Below, in pieces: positions 40,301 through 49,946 of a DNA stretch of 64,000 nt. Position numbers and translations under genes: made by a program. Under the pieces are notes generated by a model. The model was not told where the DNA came from and ran no database searches. It saw nothing but the letters and a program-made list of their open reading frames with translations. The DNA lies in assembly GCA_965223905.1 (NCBI GenBank), contig CBDCXV010000011.1, forward strand, positions 1,280,001-1,344,000, in the 5' to 3' direction. The first letter of the stretch is position 1, and each line of letters starts with the position of its first letter. The stretch comes from Candidatus Latescibacterota bacterium. Lineage in GTDB: Bacteria; Latescibacterota; UBA2968; UBA8231.

Positions 40301-41639
40301 CAGCATAGAGAACACACCCCTAGATGAATTGCCGGTGGGGGTCTTTTCCGGGTTGACTGGACTGAAGACACTCAGCCTGAATGGCAACCAACTGACCAGC
40401 CTACCCACGGGAGTATTTTCCGGGTTGACGGCCCTGACCCACCTGTACCTGGACCATGGCCTATATACCACCCTGGCCGACGGGGTGTTTGACGGGCTGT
40501 CGTCCCTGACATTTCTCCGGATGAGTCACAACCAATTGACCACCTTTTCAGCCGAGGTGTTTTCCGAGCTGACCGCCTTGGACACGCTCTCGCTGCACAA
40601 CAACAAATTTTCGACCCTTCCCGGGAAAGTATTCTCCGGGCTAAGAGCTCTGAGATACCTCGACTTGGAATACAACGAGTTCAGGACGCTCCCAGGGGGC
40701 CTGTTCTTCGGGTTGACATCTTTGGCAGATCTCGACTTGAGCTTTAACGAGTTTACGACGCTTCCAGCGGGTCTGTTCTCCGGGTTGACGGCACTGAGAA
40801 AGCTTTCGTTGTGGAAAGGCAACGCGGTCAACCTCGTACCCCTTACCGTGACGCTGGAGAAGGTTAAGGATGGTCAGTTCAAGGCGGTTGCCCACCCCGG
40901 CGCGCCCTTTTATTTGGTCCTGGCGATCACTGTTGTAAACGGCAGCACCAGTGGCGGCGCGACGACTATCACGATTCCCAAGGGAAGCGTCGAAAGCCAG
41001 CCACTCAATGTAACCCGCACCTCCGGCACAACCGCTGCCGTAACCGTGGATATCGGCAACTTGCCGGGATTGCCCAGTAACCATTACGGCTACGAACTCG
41101 TCAAATCCCCCGACCTGCCGCTGGAGATCATCGGTGACGTCACCGCCGCGCAAGCCTCGACGGATTTCAACGGCGATGGCCGGACGGACTTCGTGGATTT
41201 CTTCCTCTTTATCGACGCGTTCGGCGGCACGGACTCCCGCTTCGACCTCGACGGCAGCGGTACCGTCGATTTCGTCGACTTCTTCCAGTTCGTGGACGCC
41301 TTCGACCAGTCGGGGCAGGCCAAGTTGCTGGCGCTGGCCCAGGAGTTGATCGGCTTGCCTTCCGAAACCGACCTGCAGCAGAACTGGCCCAACCCCTTCA
41401 ACAGCGAAACCGTAATCTCCTGGTTTCTGCTGGAGCCGGGTCCCGTGCGGCTGGAGGTCTTTTCCCTGACCGGGCAGCGGCTTGCGGTCCTGCACCAGGG
41501 GCCGTTGCAGGCCGGCTTCCACCGCATCCACTGGGACGGCCGCGACGATAAGGGCCGCCCCCTGGCCAGCGGGGTATATCTCTACCGGCTAGTGGGCGCC
41601 GAGACCGTTCTGACGCAGAAGCTCACCCTGCTGAGATAA
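37338..41639 (+). CDS. Secreted metzincin metallopeptidase + WD40 + 2 LRR blocks + dockerin/EF-hand + C-terminal FlgD/T9SS-CTD-like domain
   Basis: HELGHSFGLHH with Met-turn IMSYG; GHT..WNV repeats; LxxLxLxxNQLTxLP repeats; DFNGDG..DFVDFF; NWPNPFNSET..KLTLLR. Confidence 0.9.
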   Translation: MKTPVFLSAFMGLPAFFLTPLAVAYASPLPPDRVHFCQPVDPDQLNRHQYPPSAKRLQDLNVGEPRTVRLFYFLPNDRPYRTEVVDSLKSGILDLQTFFADQMETHGHGRKTFDFETDDQGDPIVHRVDGDSSDSHYSSRGYTEGEIKRAFDNSANIILIVMDVSARSVHGVGTGSKGSGWAMIYGEWNWFAAAHELGHSFGLHHDFRDNEYIMSYGRADRASAKLSPCAAKFLAANPYFNSDVPLQNESSPTVELVSSSEYPFGSASMPVQLRVRDDDGLHQLILFVMPKNPFLGGTPEVKACHGLSAETDTVVEFNFDGRLPSDNVGTSPEAHTTLSNTVQHRIHVIAVDTDGNRNNIPNSDKQFNLEAGHSRQHIATVDRPYYYDIGGMAISHDGSHLAIGTGGIVELMDATERERITDFRHTEGNRYTNWSVAFSHDGTLLASGSANGTIKVWNVNTREEAASLDGHTGQVLALDFSPDGTLLASGSRDNTVRLWNVATEAHVATLEGHTDGIVSLDFLPGGKLATKSWRDGTVRIWDVQTRSQNSTINTDAVGTVALSPDGATLASSISWAIKLWSLSTGVQTGALNHMREYNYAQLAFSPDGTILAVTANGLIEIWNVPTRELLATISGGPGGVGRMLFSPNGKQLIGTADKGIKFWDVSEWTAPITAVSQRTSQVREAILGVVRLDYPNISSYADITGTHLAEITALYLNDRDITSLKPGDFEGLTSLEELRLWGNQLTSLPEDIFSGLSSLATLRFGLNQLTTLPADLLEGLSSLTDLRMIGNQLTSLPDGIFEGLTGLSRLALQSNSVDPLLLTVSLRKSGEGQFRAVAPTGAPFDIVLPLNVANGSINGGATTITIPAGTVESDALTVTRTPGTTFPVTVDIGTLPGLPSNHFGYELVKSADMPLEVIDPLAGGNTPVCDRTPQVRDEIVRVIPGVSDCRNVTEAHLAGIRGRFTMSYPSTTVLKAGDFSGLTAVTRLSIENTPLDELPVGVFSGLTGLKTLSLNGNQLTSLPTGVFSGLTALTHLYLDHGLYTTLADGVFDGLSSLTFLRMSHNQLTTFSAEVFSELTALDTLSLHNNKFSTLPGKVFSGLRALRYLDLEYNEFRTLPGGLFFGLTSLADLDLSFNEFTTLPAGLFSGLTALRKLSLWKGNAVNLVPLTVTLEKVKDGQFKAVAHPGAPFYLVLAITVVNGSTSGGATTITIPKGSVESQPLNVTRTSGTTAAVTVDIGNLPGLPSNHYGYELVKSPDLPLEIIGDVTAAQASTDFNGDGRTDFVDFFLFIDAFGGTDSRFDLDGSGTVDFVDFFQFVDAFDQSGQAKLLALAQELIGLPSETDLQQNWPNPFNSETVISWFLLEPGPVRLEVFSLTGQRLAVLHQGPLQAGFHRIHWDGRDDKGRPLASGVYLYRLVGAETVLTQKLTLLR

Positions 41640-41651
41640 GGAAGTTACCAG

Positions 41652-44012
41652 ATGAAAACCCCACTCTTCAATCGAAAACTCATCTTGTGGACCATCGCGG
41701 CGATGCTTGTGGTATGTCTCTTGCCAGACACCAGCCACGGTGCAGGGACAATTGATGATGTTGTCGAAGGAATCGAAGACGTCACCGAAGGAATTTTCGA
41801 CGTCACCGAAGGAATCATCGACTTCACCGTCGGCCTCGTGGAGGTCGCCGTCGAGGTGGTTGAGGTCGCCGTCGAGGTCCTCGACCTCACTGTCAGCCAC
41901 CTTGCCACCCTCACCCTCCATACGGCTGCCGTCACGGGCGCAATCTTAACCCTGGACGGCGAGACGCTGATCAGCTCCAGTTACGACTTCACAATTGCAG
42001 TGTGGGATCTCACGACCGGGGTGCTCAAGGCTTCCCTGGAGCTTCTGTCTCCTGTCCTTAGTCTGGCCCTCTGTCCGATCGATGGCTGCCTGCTGGCCAG
42101 TGGGACCGAGGACGGAAAGCTGCACTTGTGGGAACCCGACACCGGGGAGCTCACCACTCTCATCGGGCACACCGCCGCGATCCTGGGCACCGCCTTCAGT
42201 CCCCGTGACCACAGCCGGCTGGCCAGCGGTAGTGCGGACGCGACCATCCGTCTCTGGGACGCGGAAACCGGTACCCACCAGCGGACGCTCACCGGGCATA
42301 CCGACAGTGTCTTGAGCGTTGCCTTCAGCTCCACTGGCGACAAACTGGCCAGCGGCAGCGCGGACTCGACCATCCGTTTCTGGAACCCGGGGACAGGTGC
42401 GCACCAGCGCACTCTAACCGGGCACACCGAAGCCGTCAGGAGCATTGCTCTCAGTCTCAACGACAGCCTGCTGGCAAGTGGCAGTACGGATGGAACATTG
42501 CGCTTATGGAATGTTCTCACCGGGGAACACCTCGCCACGCTCGATCACCAGTCTCCCGTCCTGAGCGTGGCCTTCGGTCCCGGCGATACCCTCTTTGCCA
42601 GCGGCAGTGCGGACGGCAACGCGCGCTTGTGGCACCTTACTAGAGGACTCCTGGCCACACTCGGGCACGAGTCTCCTGTCCGCAGCGTGACCTTCAGTCC
42701 GGATCGCCGCATGCTGGTCAGCGGCTCAGAGGACGGCAAGGTCCGCCAGTGGCAGGTAACGTCCGTTGTAAAGTGTTGCCCCCGGGACCCCGGGAACGAT
42801 TTCAACACGATGAAAGCGGCCGGAAACCAACAGCCACGAGGCATCTGGTCGGACGGCACCACCATGTGGGTGGCGGACGATGTGGACCACAAGCTTTACG
42901 CCTACGACATGGCATCCAAGACCAGGGTACCCGCCAAAGACTTCGATACGCTGAGAGCTGCCGGAAACCAATGGATAGGAGGCATCTGGTCGGATGGAGC
43001 AACCATGTGGGTGGCGGACAATTTGGACGACAAGCTTTACGCCTACGACATGGCATCCAAGACCAGGGTACCCGCCAAGGACTTCGAATTGGATATTCGC
43101 CCTACGGGCATCTGGTCGGACGGAGCAACCATGTGGGTGGCGGACTTTTGGTACTGGAACCTTAACCCCTACGACATGGCATCCAGGGCCAGGGTACCGA
43201 CCAAGGGCTTCGAATTGGATATTCTCCCTGCGGGCATCTGGTCTGACGGAGGGACTCTGTGGGTAGCAAACACCAACAATTATTTCAAGCTGACCGCCTA
43301 CAACCTGACCACCGGGGCGGAGGAACCGGTCAAGGATTTCCACCTAAGGGATGCCGGAAATACACTCCCGTACGGAATGTGGTCGAACGGCTCCACCATG
43401 TGGGTTGCCGACCGATTGGACAAGAAGCTGTACGCCTATGACATGCCAACCGATGGGGATACACCGGTCGCAGACGCACCCCAAGACCCAGGTACGGGTA
43501 CAACCACACCGCCAACTCAAACCCCTGCCGCTACCGATTTCAACGGCGACGGCAAGACGGATTTCGTCGACTTCTTCCAGTTCATCGACGCTTACGGCGG
43601 CAGCGACGCCCGTTTCGACCTCGACGGCAACGGCACGGTCGATTTCGTCGACTTCTTCCAGTTCATCGATGCCTTCGATCCGCCGGAGCGCGCCAAGATG
43701 GTGGCCATGGCCCGGGATATGATCGGCCTGCCTGCGGAAACCCAGCTGCACCAGAACGCGCCCAATCCGTTCAACAGCGAGACCATCATTTCCTGGTTCC
43801 TGTTGGAGCCGGGTCCGGCCCAATTGGAAGTGTTCGCGCTGACCGGACAGAGGGTGGCGGTCCTGCGCCAGGAGCCGCAACAGGCCGGCTTCCACCGTGT
43901 CCACTGGGACGGCCGCGACGATGCCGGCCGTCCCCTGGCCAGCGGCATCTATCTGTACCGGCTTGTTACGAACGAGGCTGTTTTGACGCGCAAGCTCACC
44001 CTGCTGCGATAG
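41652..44012 (+). CDS. Secreted WD40 + GIWSDG-repeat propeller protein with dockerin/EF-hand and C-terminal sorting domain
   Basis: Signal peptide, acidic heptad repeats, GH..SGSAD..RLW repeats, five GIWSDG..MWV-type repeats, DFNGDG motif, NAPNPFN..KLTLLR. Confidence 0.88.
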   Translation: MKTPLFNRKLILWTIAAMLVVCLLPDTSHGAGTIDDVVEGIEDVTEGIFDVTEGIIDFTVGLVEVAVEVVEVAVEVLDLTVSHLATLTLHTAAVTGAILTLDGETLISSSYDFTIAVWDLTTGVLKASLELLSPVLSLALCPIDGCLLASGTEDGKLHLWEPDTGELTTLIGHTAAILGTAFSPRDHSRLASGSADATIRLWDAETGTHQRTLTGHTDSVLSVAFSSTGDKLASGSADSTIRFWNPGTGAHQRTLTGHTEAVRSIALSLNDSLLASGSTDGTLRLWNVLTGEHLATLDHQSPVLSVAFGPGDTLFASGSADGNARLWHLTRGLLATLGHESPVRSVTFSPDRRMLVSGSEDGKVRQWQVTSVVKCCPRDPGNDFNTMKAAGNQQPRGIWSDGTTMWVADDVDHKLYAYDMASKTRVPAKDFDTLRAAGNQWIGGIWSDGATMWVADNLDDKLYAYDMASKTRVPAKDFELDIRPTGIWSDGATMWVADFWYWNLNPYDMASRARVPTKGFELDILPAGIWSDGGTLWVANTNNYFKLTAYNLTTGAEEPVKDFHLRDAGNTLPYGMWSNGSTMWVADRLDKKLYAYDMPTDGDTPVADAPQDPGTGTTTPPTQTPAATDFNGDGKTDFVDFFQFIDAYGGSDARFDLDGNGTVDFVDFFQFIDAFDPPERAKMVAMARDMIGLPAETQLHQNAPNPFNSETIISWFLLEPGPAQLEVFALTGQRVAVLRQEPQQAGFHRVHWDGRDDAGRPLASGIYLYRLVTNEAVLTRKLTLLR

Positions 44013-44125
44013 AGACTGCACCAATGGGCTGGAGCCTGAATGACGGGGGCAATCAGAGGATTGATACGCTCACCAAACTCTTTTGGAAGACTCCCTCAAA
44101 ATGTATCCTTGAAAAGGAGAAAGAT

Positions 44126-44842
44126 ATGCTACGGTTTATCCCGGTCGTGTACCTGACTGCTCTTATAGTGACTACGCCGCTTTTCCCCCAGCAGATGGAG
44201 GATGTCGTCCACTTGAAGAACGGAAGCGTCGTTCGGGGTACCATCATCGAGCGGATTCCCGGCCAATCGCTGAAGATCCAAACCCAAGGTGGCAGCGTTT
44301 TCGTCTATGCCATAGACGAGATCGCCCAAATCGCCAAGAAACCTGTGATGGAGACGGAAGAGGCCGCCACCGGGGCCGAAATCGGAACGCTCTTCGGGTT
44401 CTCTCACCTTTCTTCTGATGGCGATGGGATAACTATGATTGGGGCGCCGGGTGGCTTTATAGGTGGCTTCGGGACCCCTTCGCTTTACGTATCCTGGTTT
44501 CCGAGTGAAAAGCTGACCATTGGGCCCGAATTCAATTTCGGGCGTATTGCAGTAGACGGAGATGGCATCACTTCACTTTATCTTGGGGGCCGGGGTGCAT
44601 TCTTTCCGAATAGCAACGCATTGCCCGGTGTCTACATACTAGGACAGAGCGCTTTAATCGTCCTGAGCGACGAGTACGACTCGGAGACTGATTTCTCCGC
44701 CGGAGCCGGCTTGGGTTATCAGTGGCGTCTGGGCCCTGCTTTCGTCCTTCGGGCGGAAGGGCGGTATCGGCTATGGTTTGAGGACGAAGTTAATGACTTC
44801 TCGCTCCTGCTCGGGCTGGGTACCAGACTCAATGGCAAATAG
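44126..44842 (+). CDS. Outer-membrane beta-barrel-like protein with N-terminal DVVxLKNG domain
   Basis: AAGGAG RBS, signal peptide, DVVHLKNGSVVRGTIIE; amphipathic strands such as AGAGLGYQW and LRAEGRY. Confidence 0.7.
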   Translation: MLRFIPVVYLTALIVTTPLFPQQMEDVVHLKNGSVVRGTIIERIPGQSLKIQTQGGSVFVYAIDEIAQIAKKPVMETEEAATGAEIGTLFGFSHLSSDGDGITMIGAPGGFIGGFGTPSLYVSWFPSEKLTIGPEFNFGRIAVDGDGITSLYLGGRGAFFPNSNALPGVYILGQSALIVLSDEYDSETDFSAGAGLGYQWRLGPAFVLRAEGRYRLWFEDEVNDFSLLLGLGTRLNGK

Positions 44843-44921
44843 ACAAAATGGTCGACATTTTTGGGGTTTGCGGCGCGTCCCGGCCCATTTTGCCCCTTGA
44901 TTCGTAAGGAGGAACGAAATT

Positions 44922-45602
44922 ATGCAGCGTTTTTTAACGGTTTTCTTTTTGACGGCGCTTGTAATTCACTCGCCGCTCCTCGCCCAGAAGATTGAAGATG
45001 TCATTCACCTGAAGAATGGAGAAACCGTTCGCGGCACCATCATTGAGCAGATTCCCGGCGAATCGTTGAAGATACAAACCGCAGACGGAAGCGTTTTCGT
45101 CTACACGATATACGAGATCGCCGAAATCAGCAGGGAACCGGTGATGAAAATGGAAGAAGGATTCATCAAGGCCAAAAAGAAAAATCCCTGGCTTGCTTCC
45201 GGCCTGTCGTTGCTGATTCCCGGTACCGGACAATTCTATAATGACCAATACGACAAAGGGCTGCCCCAACTCGGAGTTGCACTGGCAGGGGCAGGGTTTG
45301 TGTGGTGGGGTTTGAGGGATAATTGGGAGGAATGGGACAACCCGAAATCGTCCTGGAACCCGCTCCAGTGGGTCGATGAGGATGAAGATGATTGGACAAT
45401 CTTTATCGGGGCTCCTCTTTGGTTAGGCAGCTTGATGTGGTCGGTGATTGACGCAAACCTCTCTGCCAATCGCATCAATCAGGAAGGTCAGCAACCTGAT
45501 TTCAGCCATCTGCTGGAGTTTGGTGAAGACCGAGCCACGTTGGGATTGGATCCCGTTTGGGGGCGCTACGGGCCAGGTGCGAAACTGATGCTTCATTTTT
45601 AA
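44922..45602 (+). CDS. DVIxLKNG-domain protein with TM2/DUF5683-like membrane domain
   Basis: AGGAGG RBS; N-domain nearly identical to the preceding gene; [22 protein letters not shown]. Confidence 0.7.
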   Translation: MQRFLTVFFLTALVIHSPLLAQKIEDVIHLKNGETVRGTIIEQIPGESLKIQTADGSVFVYTIYEIAEISREPVMKMEEGFIKAKKKNPWLASGLSLLIPGTGQFYNDQYDKGLPQLGVALAGAGFVWWGLRDNWEEWDNPKSSWNPLQWVDEDEDDWTIFIGAPLWLGSLMWSVIDANLSANRINQEGQQPDFSHLLEFGEDRATLGLDPVWGRYGPGAKLMLHF

Positions 45603-45745
45603 TCTCCTTGCCAGCGCCAGCCCTTTCCATCCTGGCCATGAGAGTTCAACAAAGTCCTGAACTTTTCCCGAGGCAACTGAATCAAAAAATGACTGATAAA
45701 CTTTTCAAAACCCCGTTTTTCCAGCCAACCGCAAGGAGGAAGGCT

Positions 45746-48193
45746 ATGAAATACTCCGCACTGTTTTTGCTATTGGCTTTCAGCCTCGCCGCATGCAGAG
45801 GACCTCAGGGCCCGCCGGGCAAGGATGGCACATCGGGCCAGATGGGCCCGATGGGGCCTTCAGGCGAACAAGGATCCCAGGGCGATCAAGGACCTGAAGG
45901 ACCCAAAGGCGAAGGCGATCAAGGACCCCAAGGGGATCAAGGCGATCAAGGACCTCAAGGGGATCAAGGGGATCAAGGACCTCAAGGACCTCAAGGGGAT
46001 CAAGGCGATCAGGGGCCTCAAGGGGAAAAGGGCGAAGGGGAACAAGGACCGGAGGGACCCCAAGGACCCCAGGGCGATCAAGGACCTCAAGGACCCCAGG
46101 GCGATCAGGGACCCCAAGGACCTCAAGGCGATCAAGGACCTCAAGGCGAAGGCGAACAAGGACCTGAGGGGCCTCAAGGACCCGAGGGACCCCAAGGACC
46201 CCAAGGCGAAGGACCCCCAGGACCTGAAGGACCCCAAGGGCCTGAGGGTCCCCAAGGACCTGAAGGGCCTGCGGGCACCGGAGATGGCGAACCAGGGCCT
46301 CCTGGCCCCGAAGGACCTCAAGGCGAACAAGGGCCCGAGGGACCTCAAGGACCCCAAGGCGAAGGACCCCCAGGACCTGAGGGACCCCAAGGACCCCAGG
46401 GCGATCAAGGACCTCAAGGACCCCAGGGCGAAGGCGAACAAGGACCCCAGGGCGATCAGGGACCTCAAGGACCCCAGGGCGATCAAGGACCTCAAGGACC
46501 CCAGGGCGATCAGGGACCCCAAGGACCTCAAGGCGATCAAGGACCTCAAGGCGAAGGCGAACAAGGACCTGAGGGGCCTCAAGGACCCGAGGGACCCCAA
46601 GGACCCCAAGGCGAAGGACCCCCAGGACCTGAAGGACCCCAAGGGCCTGAGGGTCCCCAAGGACCTGAAGGGCCTGCGGGCACCGGAGATGGCGAACCAG
46701 GGCCTCCTGGCCCCGAAGGACCTCAAGGCGAACAAGGGCCCGAGGGACCTCAAGGACCCCAAGGCGAAGGACCCCCAGGACCTGAAGGACCCCAAGGGCC
46801 TGAGGGTCCCCAAGGACCTGAAGGGCCTGCGGGCACCGGAGATGGCGAACCAGGGCCTCCTGGCCCCGAAGGACCTCAAGGCGAACAAGGGCCCGAGGGA
46901 CCTCCAGGCGAACAAGGCGACCAAGGACCTGAAGGGCTTCCAGGCGAACAAGGCGACCAAGGACCTGAAGGGCTTCCAGGCGAACAAGGCGACCAAGGAC
47001 CTGAAGGGCCTCCAGGCGAACAAGGCGACCAAGGACCTGAAGGGCTTCCAGGCGAACAAGGCGACCAAGGACCTGAAGGGCCTCCAGGCGAACAAGGCGA
47101 CCAAGGACCTGAAGGGCTTCCAGGCGAACAAGGCGACCAAGGACCTGAAGGGCTTCCAGGCGAACAGGGACCTGAGGGACCTCCAGGGCCTGGAGGATCC
47201 GGAGACGGACCAGGGGGACAGGAACCTCCCGTCTTCGAGGCCACGGGAGACAGCGCCGCTTTGGTCTCTCTTTACTATACTGCGGGCGGGGAAGCCTGGA
47301 CGGATAAGTCCCGGTGGCTCAGCTCTGCCCCCATCAGCGAATGGTACGGTGTCACCACCAACCCCAGCGGCCGCGTCGTCCTTGGGCTGGATTTAAGGGA
47401 GAATGCTTTGTGGGGGACGATCCCACCCGAACTGGGAAACCTCACCTTCCTGGAAACTCTGTACCTCTTCGGTAATCAGTTACGGGAGGAGATTCCACCG
47501 GAACTGGCAAACCTCGAAAACCTTAAATACCTGGGTCTGTCAGGAAACGATTTGCAAGGGGAAATTCCACCGGAACTCGGCAATCTCGAAAACCTGGAAT
47601 TCTTGAATCTGGAAAACAACGAGTTGCAGGGGGAAATACCACCGGAACTGGGGAACCTCCTCAACCTGAAAACCCTGTCCCTGAGTGGCAACAGGTTGGA
47701 GGGGGAAATTCCTCCAGAACTGGAAAACCTCCAGAACCTGGAAGTTCTGGGCTTGAGCAGAAACAGGTTGGAGGGAGTGGTCCCGGATTTTTTGGCGGAC
47801 TTCCCCAACCTGGAAGACCTGTTCCTCAAGGGAAACACCGAACTGAATGGATGCTTGCCGGAGGGGGCATCGGTGCCGTACTGCTCCATTCCAACGAGCT
47901 TAAAGGCTCTGCTGAAGGAGGGTGTACACCTCACTTGGGATCCCGTGGAAGGGGCTACCCATTACAATCTTTACTGGGAGGATAGTCGGTTCCAAGATAA
48001 CTGCACAGTGAGCTCTGGTGGTTCAACCGAGGGGTTCTCCGGTTGTGAGGAAATAGCTACCGAAATCTTTGAGACAACCTACATCCACAATACCACCCGG
48101 GCGGAGTCCTTCCACCTCTACTGGGTTACTGCTTGTACCAGCGATGGGTGCTCGACCATCGATAGCAGGGAGGATCCCGGAGCCGGCATTTAG
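45746..48193 (+). CDS. Lipoprotein: long collagen-like (Gly-X-Y) stalk + LRR + Fn3-like domain
   Basis: AGGAGG RBS; lipobox LAAC; roughly 460 aa of GPQ/GPE/GDQ triplets; plant-type LRR ([12 protein letters not shown]) with N-cap; [20 protein letters not shown]. Confidence 0.9.
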   Translation: MKYSALFLLLAFSLAACRGPQGPPGKDGTSGQMGPMGPSGEQGSQGDQGPEGPKGEGDQGPQGDQGDQGPQGDQGDQGPQGPQGDQGDQGPQGEKGEGEQGPEGPQGPQGDQGPQGPQGDQGPQGPQGDQGPQGEGEQGPEGPQGPEGPQGPQGEGPPGPEGPQGPEGPQGPEGPAGTGDGEPGPPGPEGPQGEQGPEGPQGPQGEGPPGPEGPQGPQGDQGPQGPQGEGEQGPQGDQGPQGPQGDQGPQGPQGDQGPQGPQGDQGPQGEGEQGPEGPQGPEGPQGPQGEGPPGPEGPQGPEGPQGPEGPAGTGDGEPGPPGPEGPQGEQGPEGPQGPQGEGPPGPEGPQGPEGPQGPEGPAGTGDGEPGPPGPEGPQGEQGPEGPPGEQGDQGPEGLPGEQGDQGPEGLPGEQGDQGPEGPPGEQGDQGPEGLPGEQGDQGPEGPPGEQGDQGPEGLPGEQGDQGPEGLPGEQGPEGPPGPGGSGDGPGGQEPPVFEATGDSAALVSLYYTAGGEAWTDKSRWLSSAPISEWYGVTTNPSGRVVLGLDLRENALWGTIPPELGNLTFLETLYLFGNQLREEIPPELANLENLKYLGLSGNDLQGEIPPELGNLENLEFLNLENNELQGEIPPELGNLLNLKTLSLSGNRLEGEIPPELENLQNLEVLGLSRNRLEGVVPDFLADFPNLEDLFLKGNTELNGCLPEGASVPYCSIPTSLKALLKEGVHLTWDPVEGATHYNLYWEDSRFQDNCTVSSGGSTEGFSGCEEIATEIFETTYIHNTTRAESFHLYWVTACTSDGCSTIDSREDPGAGI
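45800..47195 (+). repeat. Collagen-coding low-complexity repeat with higher-order duplications
   Basis: GGACC(T/C)CAA triplet units; the [13 protein letters not shown] block occurs 3 times; terminal 27-bp GEQGDQGPE(GP/GL)P-type units are repeated. Confidence 0.9.
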
Positions 48194-48208
48194 GATTGGA
48201 TTACTTGA

Positions 48209-48277
48209 AAGAGGAGTACTCATCCGACCACTGTTCAGGCGTCAGCACAAACCCCAGGCTGGATGAGTACGCCTCTT
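48209..48277. other. Intergenic 17-bp inverted repeat (hairpin)
   Basis: AAGAGGAGTACTCATCC (48209-48225) and GGATGAGTACGCCTCTT (48261-48277), 16/17 complementary. Confidence 0.6.
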
Positions 48278-48331
48278 CCCTGCCCGACGGCTTGGATCTG
48301 ACTCGCAGGAAATACTCCTTCACCCAGGAAG

Positions 48332-48703
48332 ATGGAACCCATGCTCGGACGGAGGCGAATCCCCCTTCTCGGGTTGCTGTTGGGCTGGGCCGCTTGTGGA
48401 GCCAGCGGCAAGGGAACCGGGCCGGAGCCGGTAGTTGAGCCGGAACCGGTTGTTGAATCGGAACCGGTAGTTGAATCGGAACCGGTTGTCGAATCGGAAC
48501 CGGAACCAAAATGGAAGTGGTCTTGTACCGCTACTGCCACTGGCAGAGACCGCCTCTTCGGAGGGCAAGTTTCTGGCACCATCAGTGTCTCTGAAGACAC
48601 CGAGGCAGAAGCCCGACAGGGTCTGCAGGACGCGGCCTGCTTGATATTCAAAGATTGTGGACAGCTTCAGAACATATCCTGTGATGAACGGGAGGAATCT
48701 TAG
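48332..48703 (+). CDS. Small lipoprotein with (EPVVES)n linker and Cys-containing C-domain
   Basis: Lipobox WAAC; 18-bp tandem repeats at about 48421-48507; four Cys in the C-terminal domain. Confidence 0.65.
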   Translation: MEPMLGRRRIPLLGLLLGWAACGASGKGTGPEPVVEPEPVVESEPVVESEPVVESEPEPKWKWSCTATATGRDRLFGGQVSGTISVSEDTEAEARQGLQDAACLIFKDCGQLQNISCDEREES

Positions 48704-48762
48704 ACGTGGGCGAACCACGCACCCGTGCCGGTTTACTTATTGCATCCGGAAGGAGGCAGTCG

Positions 48763-49881
48763 ATGAACTACTTTGCGTTCATACCGTTGTTAGCTTTCGG
48801 CCTCGTCGCCTGCGAAGGACCTCAAGGGCCGATGGGGCCTCCAGGGCCCCAGGGCGAACAAGGGCCTCTAGGGCCCCAAGGCGAAGGCGAGCAAGGGCCT
48901 GAGGGACCGCAAGGGCCCCAAGGGCCTGAGGGACCCCAAGGGCCTCAAGGCGAACAAGGACCTCAAGGACCGCAAGATGAACAAGGATCTGCTGCCTCCC
49001 CTGCCATGTCAGACAGTACCGTACTGATCGCGTTCTACGATGCCGCGGGCGGACAGAGCTGGAAGGACAACACCAACTGGTTGAGTGAGGTCCCCATCAG
49101 TGAATGGTACGGCGTCACCACCAACCCAGGCGGCCGTTACGTCATCCGGCTCGATCTCCCGGAGAACGGGTTGTGGGGAACGATCCCGCCGGAACTGGGC
49201 AACCTCCCCTACCTGGAATTCCTCAACCTGCGTAGCAACGAGCTCCGGGGGGAGGTTCCGGCGGAACTGGCCAACCTTGGCAACCTGGAAACCCTGGGCC
49301 TGGAGAACAACAAGCTGCAGGGAGAAGTTCCGTCGGGATTGGGCAAACTTGGCAACCTGCTGGCGCTGGCCCTGGGGAACAACAAGCTGCAGGGGGAGAT
49401 TCCAACGGTCCTGGGAAACCTCGAAAACCTGGAATACCTGAGCCTCAACGATAACAGGCTGGAGGGAGTGGTCCCGTCCGAACTGGGAAACCTCGAAAAC
49501 CTGCAAATCCTGTTTCTCGATGGAAACAACCAGCTGAATGGATGCCTGCCCGAGGGGGCGTCGGTGCCGTACTGCACAAGTCCAGGAAACCAACGATTCG
49601 GGTGGGATGAGGAGACGATAGTCGTCAGTTGGGAACCTGTGGAAAGGGCTACCCACTACAATATCTACTGGGACGATTTCTTCACATCCTGCCATCTGGA
49701 GCAAAGCGGCAAGCCGAGCTGGTGCGAGGAACTTGCTACACAGGTCTCCGAGACGACCTACGTTCACACTGACGCACCGGAACCAGGCCTTTTCGACATC
49801 AACTACTGGGTCACCGCCTGCAACAGCGATGGGTGCTCGAGGATCGACACTGAAAACCCGGCCAGGTCCTCGGCGCAGTAG
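48763..49881 (+). CDS. Lipoprotein: short collagen + LRR + Fn3-like (paralog of 45746..48193)
   Basis: AGGAGG RBS; lipobox LVAC; same LRR N-cap and [14 protein letters not shown] motif as its paralog. Confidence 0.9.
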   Translation: MNYFAFIPLLAFGLVACEGPQGPMGPPGPQGEQGPLGPQGEGEQGPEGPQGPQGPEGPQGPQGEQGPQGPQDEQGSAASPAMSDSTVLIAFYDAAGGQSWKDNTNWLSEVPISEWYGVTTNPGGRYVIRLDLPENGLWGTIPPELGNLPYLEFLNLRSNELRGEVPAELANLGNLETLGLENNKLQGEVPSGLGKLGNLLALALGNNKLQGEIPTVLGNLENLEYLSLNDNRLEGVVPSELGNLENLQILFLDGNNQLNGCLPEGASVPYCTSPGNQRFGWDEETIVVSWEPVERATHYNIYWDDFFTSCHLEQSGKPSWCEELATQVSETTYVHTDAPEPGLFDINYWVTACNSDGCSRIDTENPARSSAQ

Positions 49882-49946
49882 AAAAAAAACCTTGCAAGAG
49901 GGCATTCATCGGAAAACCAGCCCTCTTCATCTGAAAGGAGCAGGAA

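Noticed and set aside
41589-41935. Antisense ORFs with apparent heptad pattern
   Set aside because: Mirror of the 21-bp repeat in the + strand gene, which has the signal peptide and continuous domains.
45825-47396. Long alternative-frame ORFs over the collagen repeat (523 aa KDLKDP on +, 426 aa on -)
   Set aside because: By-product of the stop-free GGA-CCN-CAA repeat; only the Gly-X-Y frame has an RBS, lipobox and downstream domains.
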